Shown here piece by piece: positions 17,388 through 27,437 of a stretch of 64,000 nt of DNA (position 1 is the first letter of the stretch; every line of letters begins with the position of its first letter). Under the pieces are notes generated by a model that searched no databases, was not told the DNA's origin, and saw only the letters and a list, made by a program, of their open reading frames with translations. The position numbers were made by a program, and so were the translations under genes. The DNA is from a virus. Taxonomy: Duplodnaviria; Caudoviricetes. The stretch lies in IMG/VR virus record IMGVR_UViG_3300030330_005139; one strand, written 5' to 3'.

Positions 17388-18056
17388 TTAGGTGTACAAT
17401 CTGATGTCATCACCTTTCACAACACTTGGGCTCACATATTGAGTCGATCCTTGTTTGTATGGCATAATTCTGTCAAGGTCATCTTCAATCAACATGAGGT
17501 AGAATGGTTTGAGAACGTAAATGTTTCTCCTCTCTTCTTGGAGTCTCTCTTCCTCTTGGTAATTGGTCACCTCAACAGTGATTTCTGCTGCAGTCGCCTC
17601 ACTTCCAAGACCATAATCATAATAATCAAGTCTGAAGTTCTTAGGAACTGTGAGACCAGCTGGGATGAGAACTTTACCCAATGAGTCAGTCACTTCAATG
17701 GTTTCATAGTGATTGGTTGCGTTGATGTTCTCTTCTGATCCATACTTCTTCATCAGATAATCATCATATGCTTCTTGAGTGAGTGGCCACTCATTTCCAG
17801 GATTGATGATGTTATTTCCAAGCATCACCACCCAATCGTAGTTGGGAGTGTCATAAACTTCCTGAGATACGTCATCTGGACGATCTCCTGGTCTAATCTG
17901 AAAGCGTGTGTAATAGAACAGATTATTGAAAATGTCTGGTCTAATTTTTGCTCTCTTGAAGAGGTTTTTGGTTCTGACGTAGTCACCATTCTTCGCATTA
18001 GGAAGACGGCTGACATAATCAAAGTCTGGAACGTGTCTAAAGTACTTTCTTGCCAT
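17388..18056 (-). CDS. gp53: Baseplate wedge protein gp53
   Basis: YF..VPDFDY, RPDDVS..VY, DWVVML.NNI, WP. Confidence 0.85.
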   Translation of the reverse strand: MARKYFRHVPDFDYVSRLPNAKNGDYVRTKNLFKRAKIRPDIFNNLFYYTRFQIRPGDRPDDVSQEVYDTPNYDWVVMLGNNIINPGNEWPLTQEAYDDYLMKKYGSEENINATNHYETIEVTDSLGKVLIPAGLTVPKNFRLDYYDYGLGSEATAAEITVEVTNYQEEERLQEERRNIYVLKPFYLMLIEDDLDRIMPYKQGSTQYVSPSVVKGDDIRLYT

Positions 18057-18057
18057 T

Positions 18058-19539
18058 TTAGTAACCCATGTTGAGTGCGCCTTCTTCTGCGAGTTGGTCC
18101 CCCTGATAAATCGGTTCGAGTTCTGTGAAAGTTAAATCCATGTTATATGCTGTCATCGACCCATCGGGGTGAGTCATGTAGTTGTTGTCAGGAGTGTAAT
18201 TGACATTAAATGACTGCAACGCCACAGGTTTGAACTTAGGAAGGAATGGATGTTGTGCGTCAGTGTCTCCAAAGATGTACTCCAGTGTGAAAATGTTAGG
18301 AGTCAGGAGGAAAATACTTCCGTTTGAAGTTGCAGGAGCCATGTTCTTTTTGAAGAACTTGATGATGCTTCTACACATACCTGCTTCCTCCAATTCTCTC
18401 GGACAGAGTTTAAAGTTGAAGTTGACAGTACGAAGTGTGGGACCTTGGAACAGAAGTTCCATGTTTGGGTTGAGAACTTGACCTGTCGCACGAGCAACAA
18501 TGTTTCTCCCAACAGCTTGACCTGCGAAATAAGCTTTGATGAAAGGTGCCATTCCTGCATCTCCAGCCAGTTCCTGAGCGGATGCGGAGATGTCACCAAT
18601 CAATCTAGAAGCTGCGCCTGTCAAATCGAAGTTACCCAGCGTTCCGATTGTGTTACCTGCAGCAGCGGCGAGTTTAGCCTGAATGGCGTTTAGTTCATCT
18701 GCACCCCACTTGACATTCGTGTTTTCTTGAATACTTGGTTGCATCGGAAGTAAGACACTTCCTTGAGGATCTCCAAGACGATTTTTACCACTACTAATTA
18801 AGTTAGCAGCAGATTTCTCTCCAGCAAGTACGTCTATCCCAGCGTCTGCCCCGGGCGCTGTGTATTCATAGGCACTAATTCTAATGTAATCAAAACCAAG
18901 TTCTTGTAAATTCGCTAAAGGATATCTAAGTTCCTTTACAGATGCTGCTTGGGCCGCGGCTTTGGTTTGAGCTGGTTTGATTCCATCAGAGTCATTTGTG
19001 AGTGGAATGCTGGTTTCACCTGTTGGATCAACACCAAAGTTTGCTGATGCTGTCAGTGGAAACGCGATATCGGAGAGGAAATTTACTGGAGCATCGGATA
19101 GAAATTGAGGTTGCGCTGAGTATGGGTTAAAGTCTGTAACTGTCCCATTATTATTCACTACCTGCCCTGTTGTGGGATTAACCACATAAGGAATCATTTG
19201 TTCAGTGGAATAATAAGTTTGAAGTGTCTCTGCCTGAAGGGGACTCTCGTACTTTGTTGTGTCATTGAGGATAAGTGCTCTGTCTTCATTGAAAAGGGGC
19301 ACACCTTCCAAATAAAACTTCTCAGTGAACTGATCTACGGTTAATTGCTCACTCCCTGATAGACTACTGTTATAGAGTTGAGTGAACAATTCACTGTCAG
19401 TGATAGTCCAGTTTGAATCTGTAGACTCAGCAAGAAGTTTCCCCTGTGATGAATACAGTTGCATCTTGCCTGTACTTGTATCAGTGATCTCATCCACCTT
19501 TAGGGAGTCCCAAATTCTAGATGATTTATACGACGCCAT
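18058..19539 (-). CDS. gp48: Baseplate tail-tube cap gp48
   Basis: LRYP, NPNMELLFQGPTLR, F.ELEPIY. Confidence 0.8.
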   Translation of the reverse strand: MASYKSSRIWDSLKVDEITDTSTGKMQLYSSQGKLLAESTDSNWTITDSELFTQLYNSSLSGSEQLTVDQFTEKFYLEGVPLFNEDRALILNDTTKYESPLQAETLQTYYSTEQMIPYVVNPTTGQVVNNNGTVTDFNPYSAQPQFLSDAPVNFLSDIAFPLTASANFGVDPTGETSIPLTNDSDGIKPAQTKAAAQAASVKELRYPLANLQELGFDYIRISAYEYTAPGADAGIDVLAGEKSAANLISSGKNRLGDPQGSVLLPMQPSIQENTNVKWGADELNAIQAKLAAAAGNTIGTLGNFDLTGAASRLIGDISASAQELAGDAGMAPFIKAYFAGQAVGRNIVARATGQVLNPNMELLFQGPTLRTVNFNFKLCPRELEEAGMCRSIIKFFKKNMAPATSNGSIFLLTPNIFTLEYIFGDTDAQHPFLPKFKPVALQSFNVNYTPDNNYMTHPDGSMTAYNMDLTFTELEPIYQGDQLAEEGALNMGY

Positions 19540-19557
19540 TTGGTGAAGTTGTGGGTT

Positions 19558-19920
19558 TTAGTTATTTAGAGTGAATTTTTGATAAGCTATGGATCTGAGG
19601 TCACTCAACTCACTTTCACGAACAATATGAAGTTGGCTCTGGGTCTCAACCCAATCATAATTACGAACTTCTCCCCAGTGGTAGTTGATGCCCCTGAATC
19701 CCCACTCGAAGACACCGATACAAGCAATCAGTGGAAACTCATCATAAAGAATTCTTGGTGTCTTTGCTTTGTAGATGAATGTGTAATACTTTCCCACTTC
19801 TGGAACAACATCCGTATCTTTGAGAGTATCCATGATCAGTAACATCTTGTCATCAGAATCCTGAATTAGGGATGTTTGATCAAGAAGATCTCTTGTTCTG
19901 ATTGGTTCTGAATTAGCCAT
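19558..19920 (-). CDS. gp2: DNA end-protector gp2-like (short)
   Basis: GKYYTFIY.AKT, YDEFPLI, GINYHW. Confidence 0.65.
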   Translation of the reverse strand: MANSEPIRTRDLLDQTSLIQDSDDKMLLIMDTLKDTDVVPEVGKYYTFIYKAKTPRILYDEFPLIACIGVFEWGFRGINYHWGEVRNYDWVETQSQLHIVRESELSDLRSIAYQKFTLNN

Positions 19921-20356
19921 TGAACAAGTTGTCCTCTGTGATTATTTTGAATTCAACTCCATTATCCAAACAGAAGTCCTCAGCAGCCTTCCACTTAGCT
20001 CGATTGACTTCATATGTCTTCACTTCATTGATGTAACTTTGAGTTACACGACTCCTCTTCTTTGGAGGCATTGTTTGTTTCTTTGGTTTAACTTCAACAA
20101 CATATTTCTTGACTTTTCCACCCTTCTCTTTCACCTCAATCAGATAATCTGGAAAGTAACGATGAACTCTGTGATCAACAGGAGAGAGATAAGGAATGCT
20201 GAACTCTTCTGATGCCCACCTGAGGATGTTTTCGTTCTTATCACACCAATTGCAGAATCGTCTCTCCCAAGAACTTCTACAAATAATGTTGTTCGGATCA
20301 CCTTGATATTTCTTTGGGTTACTCGGTTTGAACCGACTTTTAATAGGTCTCCCCAT
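19913..20356 (-). CDS. gp4: Head completion nuclease gp4
   Basis: NPKKYQGD, RSSWE, WASEE, HRYFPD, EVKP. Confidence 0.9.
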   Translation of the reverse strand: MGRPIKSRFKPSNPKKYQGDPNNIICRSSWERRFCNWCDKNENILRWASEEFSIPYLSPVDHRVHRYFPDYLIEVKEKGGKVKKYVVEVKPKKQTMPPKKRSRVTQSYINEVKTYEVNRAKWKAAEDFCLDNGVEFKIITEDNLFNG

Positions 20357-20394
20357 ACCCACTAAATAAAGCATACTAATCAACCAATATTTAG

Positions 20395-21051
20395 ATGGCT
20401 ACCGCAGGCGGTTCAAATCCAAAGGCATCGAGTATCAGGACATCCGATCTCAGAACTCGCGTTGCAAATGTCGCAACAACAACCAATTATATTGTCAAAC
20501 TACAACCACCCCCGCTTGTCGCCGCTTACTTGAGAGATAAAGGGTTTAATTACACCAGTGATGATGGTTATAATGTTGAGTTATCCTGTAATGTGGCTCA
20601 ACTTCCTGGTTCCAGTTTCTCAACACATGAACAAAGGAATGATTATTCTGGTGTAACGGAGAGAATGGTTTATCGTAGAGAATATGATACCAATTTGTCT
20701 TTCACATTTATGGTGAATAATCAATATGATGCTGTTGAGATGTTTGATGGTTGGATGGACTTTATTGCTGGACAAGAAGACACCTCATCGTTCCTAAGTC
20801 CTTACGCTTCTTATCGGACTTCTTATGCGAACGATTATAGAACAAACATTCACATTACCAAGTTTGAGAAGAATGTTGATGCGAAATCACTAAAAGGTGA
20901 AAGACCAAGAGAATTGAGATACACCATGGTTGGTGCATATCCTATTTCAACACAACCAATGCAAGTTGGTTACGGGGACAAAAATAACATGTTACAATAC
21001 AGTGTTTACATGACCTTCATTCGTTATGTGAGAGAAAGAGTAGACGCATAA
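20395..21051 (+). CDS. Tail tube initiator (gp54/gp19-like)
   Basis: C..AQLPG, F.GWMDFI, AYPIS; position before gp26. Confidence 0.65.
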   Translation: MATAGGSNPKASSIRTSDLRTRVANVATTTNYIVKLQPPPLVAAYLRDKGFNYTSDDGYNVELSCNVAQLPGSSFSTHEQRNDYSGVTERMVYRREYDTNLSFTFMVNNQYDAVEMFDGWMDFIAGQEDTSSFLSPYASYRTSYANDYRTNIHITKFEKNVDAKSLKGERPRELRYTMVGAYPISTQPMQVGYGDKNNMLQYSVYMTFIRYVRERVDA

Positions 21052-21093
21052 ACCCCACCTAAATATTCACACTGAGATTGTTATTACTTTACA

Positions 21094-21810
21094 ATGCCTT
21101 TACCAAAAATTGCAACTCCAACTTATGAATTGGAACTGCCCTCAACAAAGAAGAAAATCAAATATCGTCCCTTTCTTGTAAAAGAAGAGAAACTCTTGGT
21201 TCTCGCAATGGAGAGTGAGGATACGAAACAGATTACAACAGCAATCAAGAACGTGCTGAAATCATGTATTTTGACCAGAGGTATTAAGGTTGAAGTTCTT
21301 CCAACATTCGACATTGAGTTTTTGTTTCTCAACATTCGTGCCAAGTCCGTTGGTGAGGTTGTTGAGTTGAAGTTGATTTGTCCTGATGATAGAATCACAG
21401 AAGTTGATGTTGAACTTGATATTGAAGAGATTCGTGTTCAGGAACAGGAGGGTCACAACAAAACAATCATTCTTGATGACAATCTGAGGATGGACATGAA
21501 GTACCCCTCTCTTGAACAATTCATCAAGAATAACTTTGATGTTGGAAATGTAGACATTGAGCAATCTTTTGAGTTGATCGGTTCTTGTGTGGATAAGATC
21601 TACAACGAAGATGAGGTTTGGGATACTGCTGATGTCTCGGCAAAAGAGGTCAAAGAGTTTCTTGAGCAGATGAATTCGAAGCAGTTCAAAGACATTGAGA
21701 AGTTCTTTGAGACGATGCCAAAACTCATTCACACAATCGAAGTTATTAATCCAAAAACTAAAGTTAAGAGTCCTATCGTGTTGGAGGGTTTAAACTCTTT
21801 TTTCGCGTAG
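21094..21810 (+). CDS. gp26: Baseplate hub/assembly protein gp26
   Basis: MPLPKI, YRPFLVKEEK, FDIEFLFLNIRAKSVGE. Confidence 0.85.
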   Translation: MPLPKIATPTYELELPSTKKKIKYRPFLVKEEKLLVLAMESEDTKQITTAIKNVLKSCILTRGIKVEVLPTFDIEFLFLNIRAKSVGEVVELKLICPDDRITEVDVELDIEEIRVQEQEGHNKTIILDDNLRMDMKYPSLEQFIKNNFDVGNVDIEQSFELIGSCVDKIYNEDEVWDTADVSAKEVKEFLEQMNSKQFKDIEKFFETMPKLIHTIEVINPKTKVKSPIVLEGLNSFFA

Positions 21811-21812
21811 GG

Positions 21813-21980
21813 ATGGTACACATGTCTCTTGAGGCTTATTTCAAACTGAATTTCGCCCTCATGCAGTACCATAAATACTCACTGACGGAGATTGAAAACA
21901 TGATTCCCTGGGAACGGGACATTTACGTTACACTCCTCCAGCAACATCTTGAAGAAGAGAAGAAACGGCAAATGGAGTAA
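21813..21980 (+). CDS. gp51: gp51-like baseplate assembly protein (55 aa)
   Basis: Translated by hand: NFALMQYHKYSLTEIENMIPWERDIY. Confidence 0.75.
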   Translation: MVHMSLEAYFKLNFALMQYHKYSLTEIENMIPWERDIYVTLLQQHLEEEKKRQME

Positions 21981-24146
21981 ATGGCAGATCCAAAGAAGTC
22001 AAACAAAATGTCCATCTCAGGTAACTCTGAATCGACTTCTGCTGCCAAGAAGAAAGGTATAAACTCAGTAAAAAGTAAGGCAACATCAACGGATATTGTG
22101 GATGTTGATGAGAATGTCGCAGAAGTAATTGGCATTCAAGACAACTTTGACCTATCATATGGGGAGTACAGAACTCTCCTAAAAGAAGCTGCTATCAGGG
22201 GAAGAGATGACAATTCACCAATTGATGGAGAAACAACAGAGAAGATCACACAAGAATACAGGAGAATAAAGGGAAAGGAAGGACAGATTAGACCTAAGGT
22301 AAAGAAGGTTTCCTTCCAAAAAGTATTCAATACAAAACCACCAAAGGTAGCTGGACTGATTGGTGGATCTTCTTCTCTTGCACTGAGATCACCAGATGCT
22401 CTGAAAGAAAAAGAAGAAAAAGAAGAAGACAAAAAAGAGATGATGATGGACAAGTATGTCTCATCATCTCTTACAAAGATAACAAAGAACATCTTTGACA
22501 TTGAGAAAGTTGTTGTTACTATCTTAGGGGACGAAAAGACAAAAGCAAAAAGAGATAATCAGGCAATCCGCGATGCAAAGAGGAAAGAAAAAGAAGAAGC
22601 AGGTGAGAAGGCAGTTGCGAAAAAATCTAAGAGTTTCTTGCAAGGCTTCAAGCCAAAGATTCCTTTCATGGATCAAATCAAGACGTACTTTGGAAACATC
22701 CTTGCTGGTGGAGCAGTCTTAGGATTGTTGAATTGGGTCAATGATCCTGAGAATCAAAAAAAGATTGATTCATTTACAACATTCTTACAGGATTCTGTTC
22801 CAGTAATTTTGGCTGGGTTTGCTGCCTTAATTGCTTTTGATCTTGGAATGAAACTTCTTGGATTTGTGAAGCTTTTTGTTCCTGTCCTAACAACACTTAT
22901 AGGGTTTATGATGAATCCTGCTGTGCTTCTTGCCCTTGCTGGGATTGGAGCTGCGATTCTAATTGATAAAGGTGTGGATATGGCCAGAGATGCACGAGAA
23001 GGTGCAGAGGCCCAAAAAGATCATGATGCACTCAATCAACAGCTGAGAGATGCAGGAATGACTCCAAGGGGGATGAACATCTCGTCAGACATTGGTGAAG
23101 GTGAAGATGGAAGAACACCAGCACAGGAAGCAATCTACCAAGAAGTTCAGAAAAGAAGAAAAATACTTCACAAATATAGTGAGGGTATGAGATCGGAGTT
23201 TGATGCTGTCGATCGTCTAAGACGAGAGCAAATCGAAGCAATTCAGGAAAAAGACTCGAAGTATACTATTAAGAATGTTTATGGTAATCGTGTTCTTACA
23301 GAGGAGGGAGAAGCAGAAGTAGAAAGAATCAAACAAGAAGCAGAAGAAAGGAAAAAGAAAATTCGAGAAGAGTTTGATAAGGAAGTTGCAACTCCTGGTA
23401 GTGTCATGAGGGGTGGTATTTCACTCACCGACCAAGTCATGGGAACTGGTGAGGTTACCACTGAGAGAATTGATGAGCGACTGAGCGCAGCGGAGAAAGC
23501 AAAAAAAGGAAGTAATACCAGAACAAGAGTTCCCGGTGTTGGGTCGATTGTCGCTGGAAGGAATTTCTTTGGTATTGCTGAAACGAAATACTACAATGTG
23601 AATGGAGAGCAAATTAAGAAAGAAGAATTCGATAAACTGGTTAAAGGTGTAAAGTCCAGGATAGAGGGTGGAGAAAAGATTACAATTCCATCAGTCACTC
23701 CACAACCAGGTGTTGGTCCTGGATCAGAGAAAGAAACCGCAGAAAAGGTTAAACCAAGAACTCTGACTGAAGCTGAATTTACTGAGGCAAGAAATAATGC
23801 TGACATCCTTGATGAATATAATGATGAAATTGGAAATTCAAGAAATTATGAAGAGTATTTGAAATCAAAGGGTCTCATCGTCCCTAGGGATGATAAAAAG
23901 ATGGGAGTGGATGCAGAAGAACTTCCAATTGCTCCAGTACAGAAGACACAACCAGCCCCAGATCCTCCTGGAGTAACTGATAAGGATGATGTGACTGTTA
24001 TGCCTGGACCAGAAGCTGGTCCCAACGCATCGACTGCTTCATCCCAACCAGCAGCTGATGTTGCCTTCTTCTCGTCTGAGGACACTGGTAATGATTCAAT
24101 TCTTGGTGTGAAGGGTCTCTATAATGTAACGGCGGTGGCAGCATGA
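21981..24146 (+). CDS. Tape-measure-like / baseplate hub protein
   Basis: Long helical protein with hydrophobic central segments, after gp26/gp51. Confidence 0.55.
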   Translation: MADPKKSNKMSISGNSESTSAAKKKGINSVKSKATSTDIVDVDENVAEVIGIQDNFDLSYGEYRTLLKEAAIRGRDDNSPIDGETTEKITQEYRRIKGKEGQIRPKVKKVSFQKVFNTKPPKVAGLIGGSSSLALRSPDALKEKEEKEEDKKEMMMDKYVSSSLTKITKNIFDIEKVVVTILGDEKTKAKRDNQAIRDAKRKEKEEAGEKAVAKKSKSFLQGFKPKIPFMDQIKTYFGNILAGGAVLGLLNWVNDPENQKKIDSFTTFLQDSVPVILAGFAALIAFDLGMKLLGFVKLFVPVLTTLIGFMMNPAVLLALAGIGAAILIDKGVDMARDAREGAEAQKDHDALNQQLRDAGMTPRGMNISSDIGEGEDGRTPAQEAIYQEVQKRRKILHKYSEGMRSEFDAVDRLRREQIEAIQEKDSKYTIKNVYGNRVLTEEGEAEVERIKQEAEERKKKIREEFDKEVATPGSVMRGGISLTDQVMGTGEVTTERIDERLSAAEKAKKGSNTRTRVPGVGSIVAGRNFFGIAETKYYNVNGEQIKKEEFDKLVKGVKSRIEGGEKITIPSVTPQPGVGPGSEKETAEKVKPRTLTEAEFTEARNNADILDEYNDEIGNSRNYEEYLKSKGLIVPRDDKKMGVDAEELPIAPVQKTQPAPDPPGVTDKDDVTVMPGPEAGPNASTASSQPAADVAFFSSEDTGNDSILGVKGLYNVTAVAA

Positions 24147-26146
24147 TAGGAATGGTCCCTGGGAGTTTAGCTAAAGGTCTTCTTGGTGGAAGTGCCAAGA
24201 AGTCTTCGGTGCAGGGTGCAAGTCGAGCAATCGTCAGACAAACCAAACAAGACGGAGAAGAACGAGCGAAAGAGAAACCAAAGGCAATTCCTGTAAAGAG
24301 ATCATCTCGTTCATCAGGTGGGATGAGTCTGGCTAAATTCACAGGAACATCTAGACCTGAGGAGAAAGTTGAGAAGATTCAAGTCGAAGAAGAGGGAGAT
24401 GAAAAGGTTGCCTCTTCTTTGACATCTCTGGACAAAGCCACAAAGTCTCTCAAGGAGTCCATGGTGGCTCTTGTTACCTTTAGGAGAAAGCAGGATAAGG
24501 AAATAGAAAAAGAAGAGAGAACTGCAACGAGAGAAGCAAAAGAGAAAGGGTTTGAAATTGGAGTTCCTGGGTTCGTTCGCAAAGCCGTACAACCACTCAT
24601 CAATAGGACGATGGATTATCTCAAGAACATTCTGATTGGTGGAATCATTCTTGCCATTGTTCAGAATCTTGAGAAGATCATCGATTACATTAAAGAACTT
24701 TGGAATGAAACTCTTAAACCAATTTTTGAATGGATGAACAAATGGATCTTCCAACCAATATGGACTGGATTGAAGTGGATCGTGAATGAAGGAGTTCCAA
24801 TTGTTAAAGAAATCTTAGCGCATCCTATATCACAAACGGTAATTGATGGGATTAAGGCTGGTCTTGATAAGATCAGTGAAGTCTTTCCAATCTTTGAAAA
24901 TTTGGTCAAAACATTCACCAAGGGTGGCAACGGTCAAGGTGGAGGCAGTGGCACATATGATACGTCATCTGGGGGTCTTTTGGCTGGAGGTGGTGTTGAT
25001 ATGGGATCAGCTGCGAAGAAACAAATCTCTGAAGCGGGATTTGGTGAATCTGAATTCACCTTGTTTAGAGACGCAGTTGCACAAATTGAATCTGGTGGTG
25101 AATATGACATCCAGGGTGGATCTGGTGACATGTATGCTGGTAGATATCAGATGGGTGCAGCTGCAAGACAGGATGCCGCAAGATTCTTAGGTGAAGAATT
25201 CCAAGGAGACAGTGAAGCAGCAAGAAAGAGATTCAGAGAAGATCCTGCAATGCAGGAGAGATACTTCGCTGCTTACACCAGAGCCAATCATCAGACTCTG
25301 ATGAGGAACAAGACTTATGCGGCAATGAGTAATGAGCAGAAACTCCAAGTTCTTGGTTATGCCCATAACGCTGGAGCTGGGAATGCATTGAAGTGGATGC
25401 AACAGAACATGAGAGGAAGTTTTGAGGATGGGTTTGGTACAAAGTCCTCAAAGTATGCAGACGCCATAAGAAGAGCTCAAGAACAAAGAAGACAACCACT
25501 GCCACCATCCATGAGATCAAGGGGTACAACACCTGTTGCTGGAGAGAGTATTGTGTCAAGTGACATTAAGGATTTTAGAAAGTTTAGAACCTCAATGGGT
25601 GGAAGTGCCACAAGACAACCAACTGCTAACCCTGATTATTATCAGATCAGAGAAATGGGTGTTTATGGAAGTGGTAATTATAATATTAGTCCTTTGGCTG
25701 ATGACACCAATTATGAGATTGGACTACACAAAGGTGCAGGACACCATGAGAACAGAGCCTTTGACATTCCAGTCCCTCCCAATTCTGCACAGGGTGACAG
25801 AGTTGCAAAGTTCTGGAGAGATCGTGGATACACAGTGATTTGGAGATCAGCTGGTCACTATGATCACGTTCATGTGGAAGTTCCGAAAGCGAGAGCTGAA
25901 GAGTTCTTCAAAGTGATTCCAGAACTTCAAAAACCAGTTCCTCCAAGTGACAGAGCGAAGAATGTTTCAACCGAACCCTCTTACAGTAAAACTAAAAATA
26001 CTGTTGTGGTTGCATCCAACCCTCCAGCAACACCAGTTGTTATTAATGGGGGTGGTTCAGGTCTTCCCGCCTCTGGCGGTTCTGACAAAAAGGCGTTAAA
26101 TAGTCTTATGAGACAAAGAGCAAATAGTCAACTCTATTCCGCATAA
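24143..26146 (+). CDS. Tape-measure-like protein with lysozyme-like and M15 peptidase-like domains
   Basis: IESGG...GRYQMG...AHNAG; GHHENRAFDI...HYDHVHVE. Confidence 0.7.
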   Translation: MIGMVPGSLAKGLLGGSAKKSSVQGASRAIVRQTKQDGEERAKEKPKAIPVKRSSRSSGGMSLAKFTGTSRPEEKVEKIQVEEEGDEKVASSLTSLDKATKSLKESMVALVTFRRKQDKEIEKEERTATREAKEKGFEIGVPGFVRKAVQPLINRTMDYLKNILIGGIILAIVQNLEKIIDYIKELWNETLKPIFEWMNKWIFQPIWTGLKWIVNEGVPIVKEILAHPISQTVIDGIKAGLDKISEVFPIFENLVKTFTKGGNGQGGGSGTYDTSSGGLLAGGGVDMGSAAKKQISEAGFGESEFTLFRDAVAQIESGGEYDIQGGSGDMYAGRYQMGAAARQDAARFLGEEFQGDSEAARKRFREDPAMQERYFAAYTRANHQTLMRNKTYAAMSNEQKLQVLGYAHNAGAGNALKWMQQNMRGSFEDGFGTKSSKYADAIRRAQEQRRQPLPPSMRSRGTTPVAGESIVSSDIKDFRKFRTSMGGSATRQPTANPDYYQIREMGVYGSGNYNISPLADDTNYEIGLHKGAGHHENRAFDIPVPPNSAQGDRVAKFWRDRGYTVIWRSAGHYDHVHVEVPKARAEEFFKVIPELQKPVPPSDRAKNVSTEPSYSKTKNTVVVASNPPATPVVINGGGSGLPASGGSDKKALNSLMRQRANSQLYSA

Positions 26147-27435
26147 TGGAGAATCCAAACACAGGTGCAGGTAACATAAAGAAGTTCCAAGTCACCAACA
26201 ATCGAACTGGTAACTCTGTGGATCTCTCTGCAGGTATTGTTGAGTATAGTTTTTACGAGAACGTTCTCTCAAACAATATTACTGCACGTGCTATTGTTGT
26301 TGAAACTGGTAACCAAGATCAAGGTGCTCAGGACAGCACCATTGATGGACTTCCCATCCGAGGTGGTGAGAAGGTCGTCATTGAGGTTGAAGATGCCACA
26401 CAACAACCCATCACTCTTCGTAATCCTTTGAGAGTTAATAAGATTGGTAAGGCGACGCCTGGAACAAGACAGGATGTTTATGTTCTTGAGCTTGCAACCG
26501 ATGAGTATCATTTGAATGAGCAGACGAGGGTCACGAAACAATATCAAGGAAAGATCTCCGATAATGTAAGAACGATCCTTACAGAGGTTTTGAAGACAGA
26601 GGAACCCCTTGACATTGACGAGACAGCTCTGGATATGAACTTCTTTGGTAACACCAAGAAACCATTCTACACTGTGACATGGTTGGCATCAAAGTCAGTT
26701 CCAGACTCAAGTGTTGGTGACACAGCTGGTTATCTCTTTTACCAAACAAGAGATGGTCTGTTCTTCAAATCAATTGACAAGTTGTTTGAACAAGAACCAA
26801 CTAAGAAGTATTTTCTGAATGACACACAAGCTCTTCCACCTGGTTACGATGCAAAGGTGTTGAAGTATAATATTGGAAGTAACATCGATCTCCACACTCA
26901 ACAATCAATCGGTGCTTACAACAACAGAAGCATCTACTTTGATTTTTATGCAATGAACTATAAGGTTGTTGATTTTAGTATTGAAGAACAAGAGGGAAAG
27001 GCAAAAACAGCTGGACCAGATTACATCAATGTTGATGAAGAGTTTGTGGCGGAACCCACCAGACTTTACAATCACATTCTTGATGTTGGTGTCAATCCTC
27101 CTGGTTCTGGTGATGATCAACTGAGGAATCAGAAAAAAGATCCAACTGCACCAAACTACAAAGCAGAAGACACAATGGTTCAGACCATTATGAGATATAA
27201 TCAGATGTTCACTGTTAGGGCTGATATTATTATTCCTGGTGACTTTACTATCAAGTGTGGAGACATCGTTCAATGTGACTTCCCACAACTAAAAGGTGGA
27301 AGAGAACAAGAAATAAACAGACAAAGTGGTGGTAAATACATGGTGGCATCTGTTTGTCATCGAATTACAGGAAAGGATACATTGACGAGTCTTGGTTTGG
27401 TTAGAGATTCGTTTGGTAAAGAGGGAGGTTTCTGA
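26146..27435 (+). CDS. Baseplate hub protein (gp27-like)
   Basis: LPIRGGE, GYLFYQT, IPGD, SGGKYMV; precedes gp5. Confidence 0.6.
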   Translation: MENPNTGAGNIKKFQVTNNRTGNSVDLSAGIVEYSFYENVLSNNITARAIVVETGNQDQGAQDSTIDGLPIRGGEKVVIEVEDATQQPITLRNPLRVNKIGKATPGTRQDVYVLELATDEYHLNEQTRVTKQYQGKISDNVRTILTEVLKTEEPLDIDETALDMNFFGNTKKPFYTVTWLASKSVPDSSVGDTAGYLFYQTRDGLFFKSIDKLFEQEPTKKYFLNDTQALPPGYDAKVLKYNIGSNIDLHTQQSIGAYNNRSIYFDFYAMNYKVVDFSIEEQEGKAKTAGPDYINVDEEFVAEPTRLYNHILDVGVNPPGSGDDQLRNQKKDPTAPNYKAEDTMVQTIMRYNQMFTVRADIIIPGDFTIKCGDIVQCDFPQLKGGREQEINRQSGGKYMVASVCHRITGKDTLTSLGLVRDSFGKEGGF

Positions 27436-27437
27436 TA

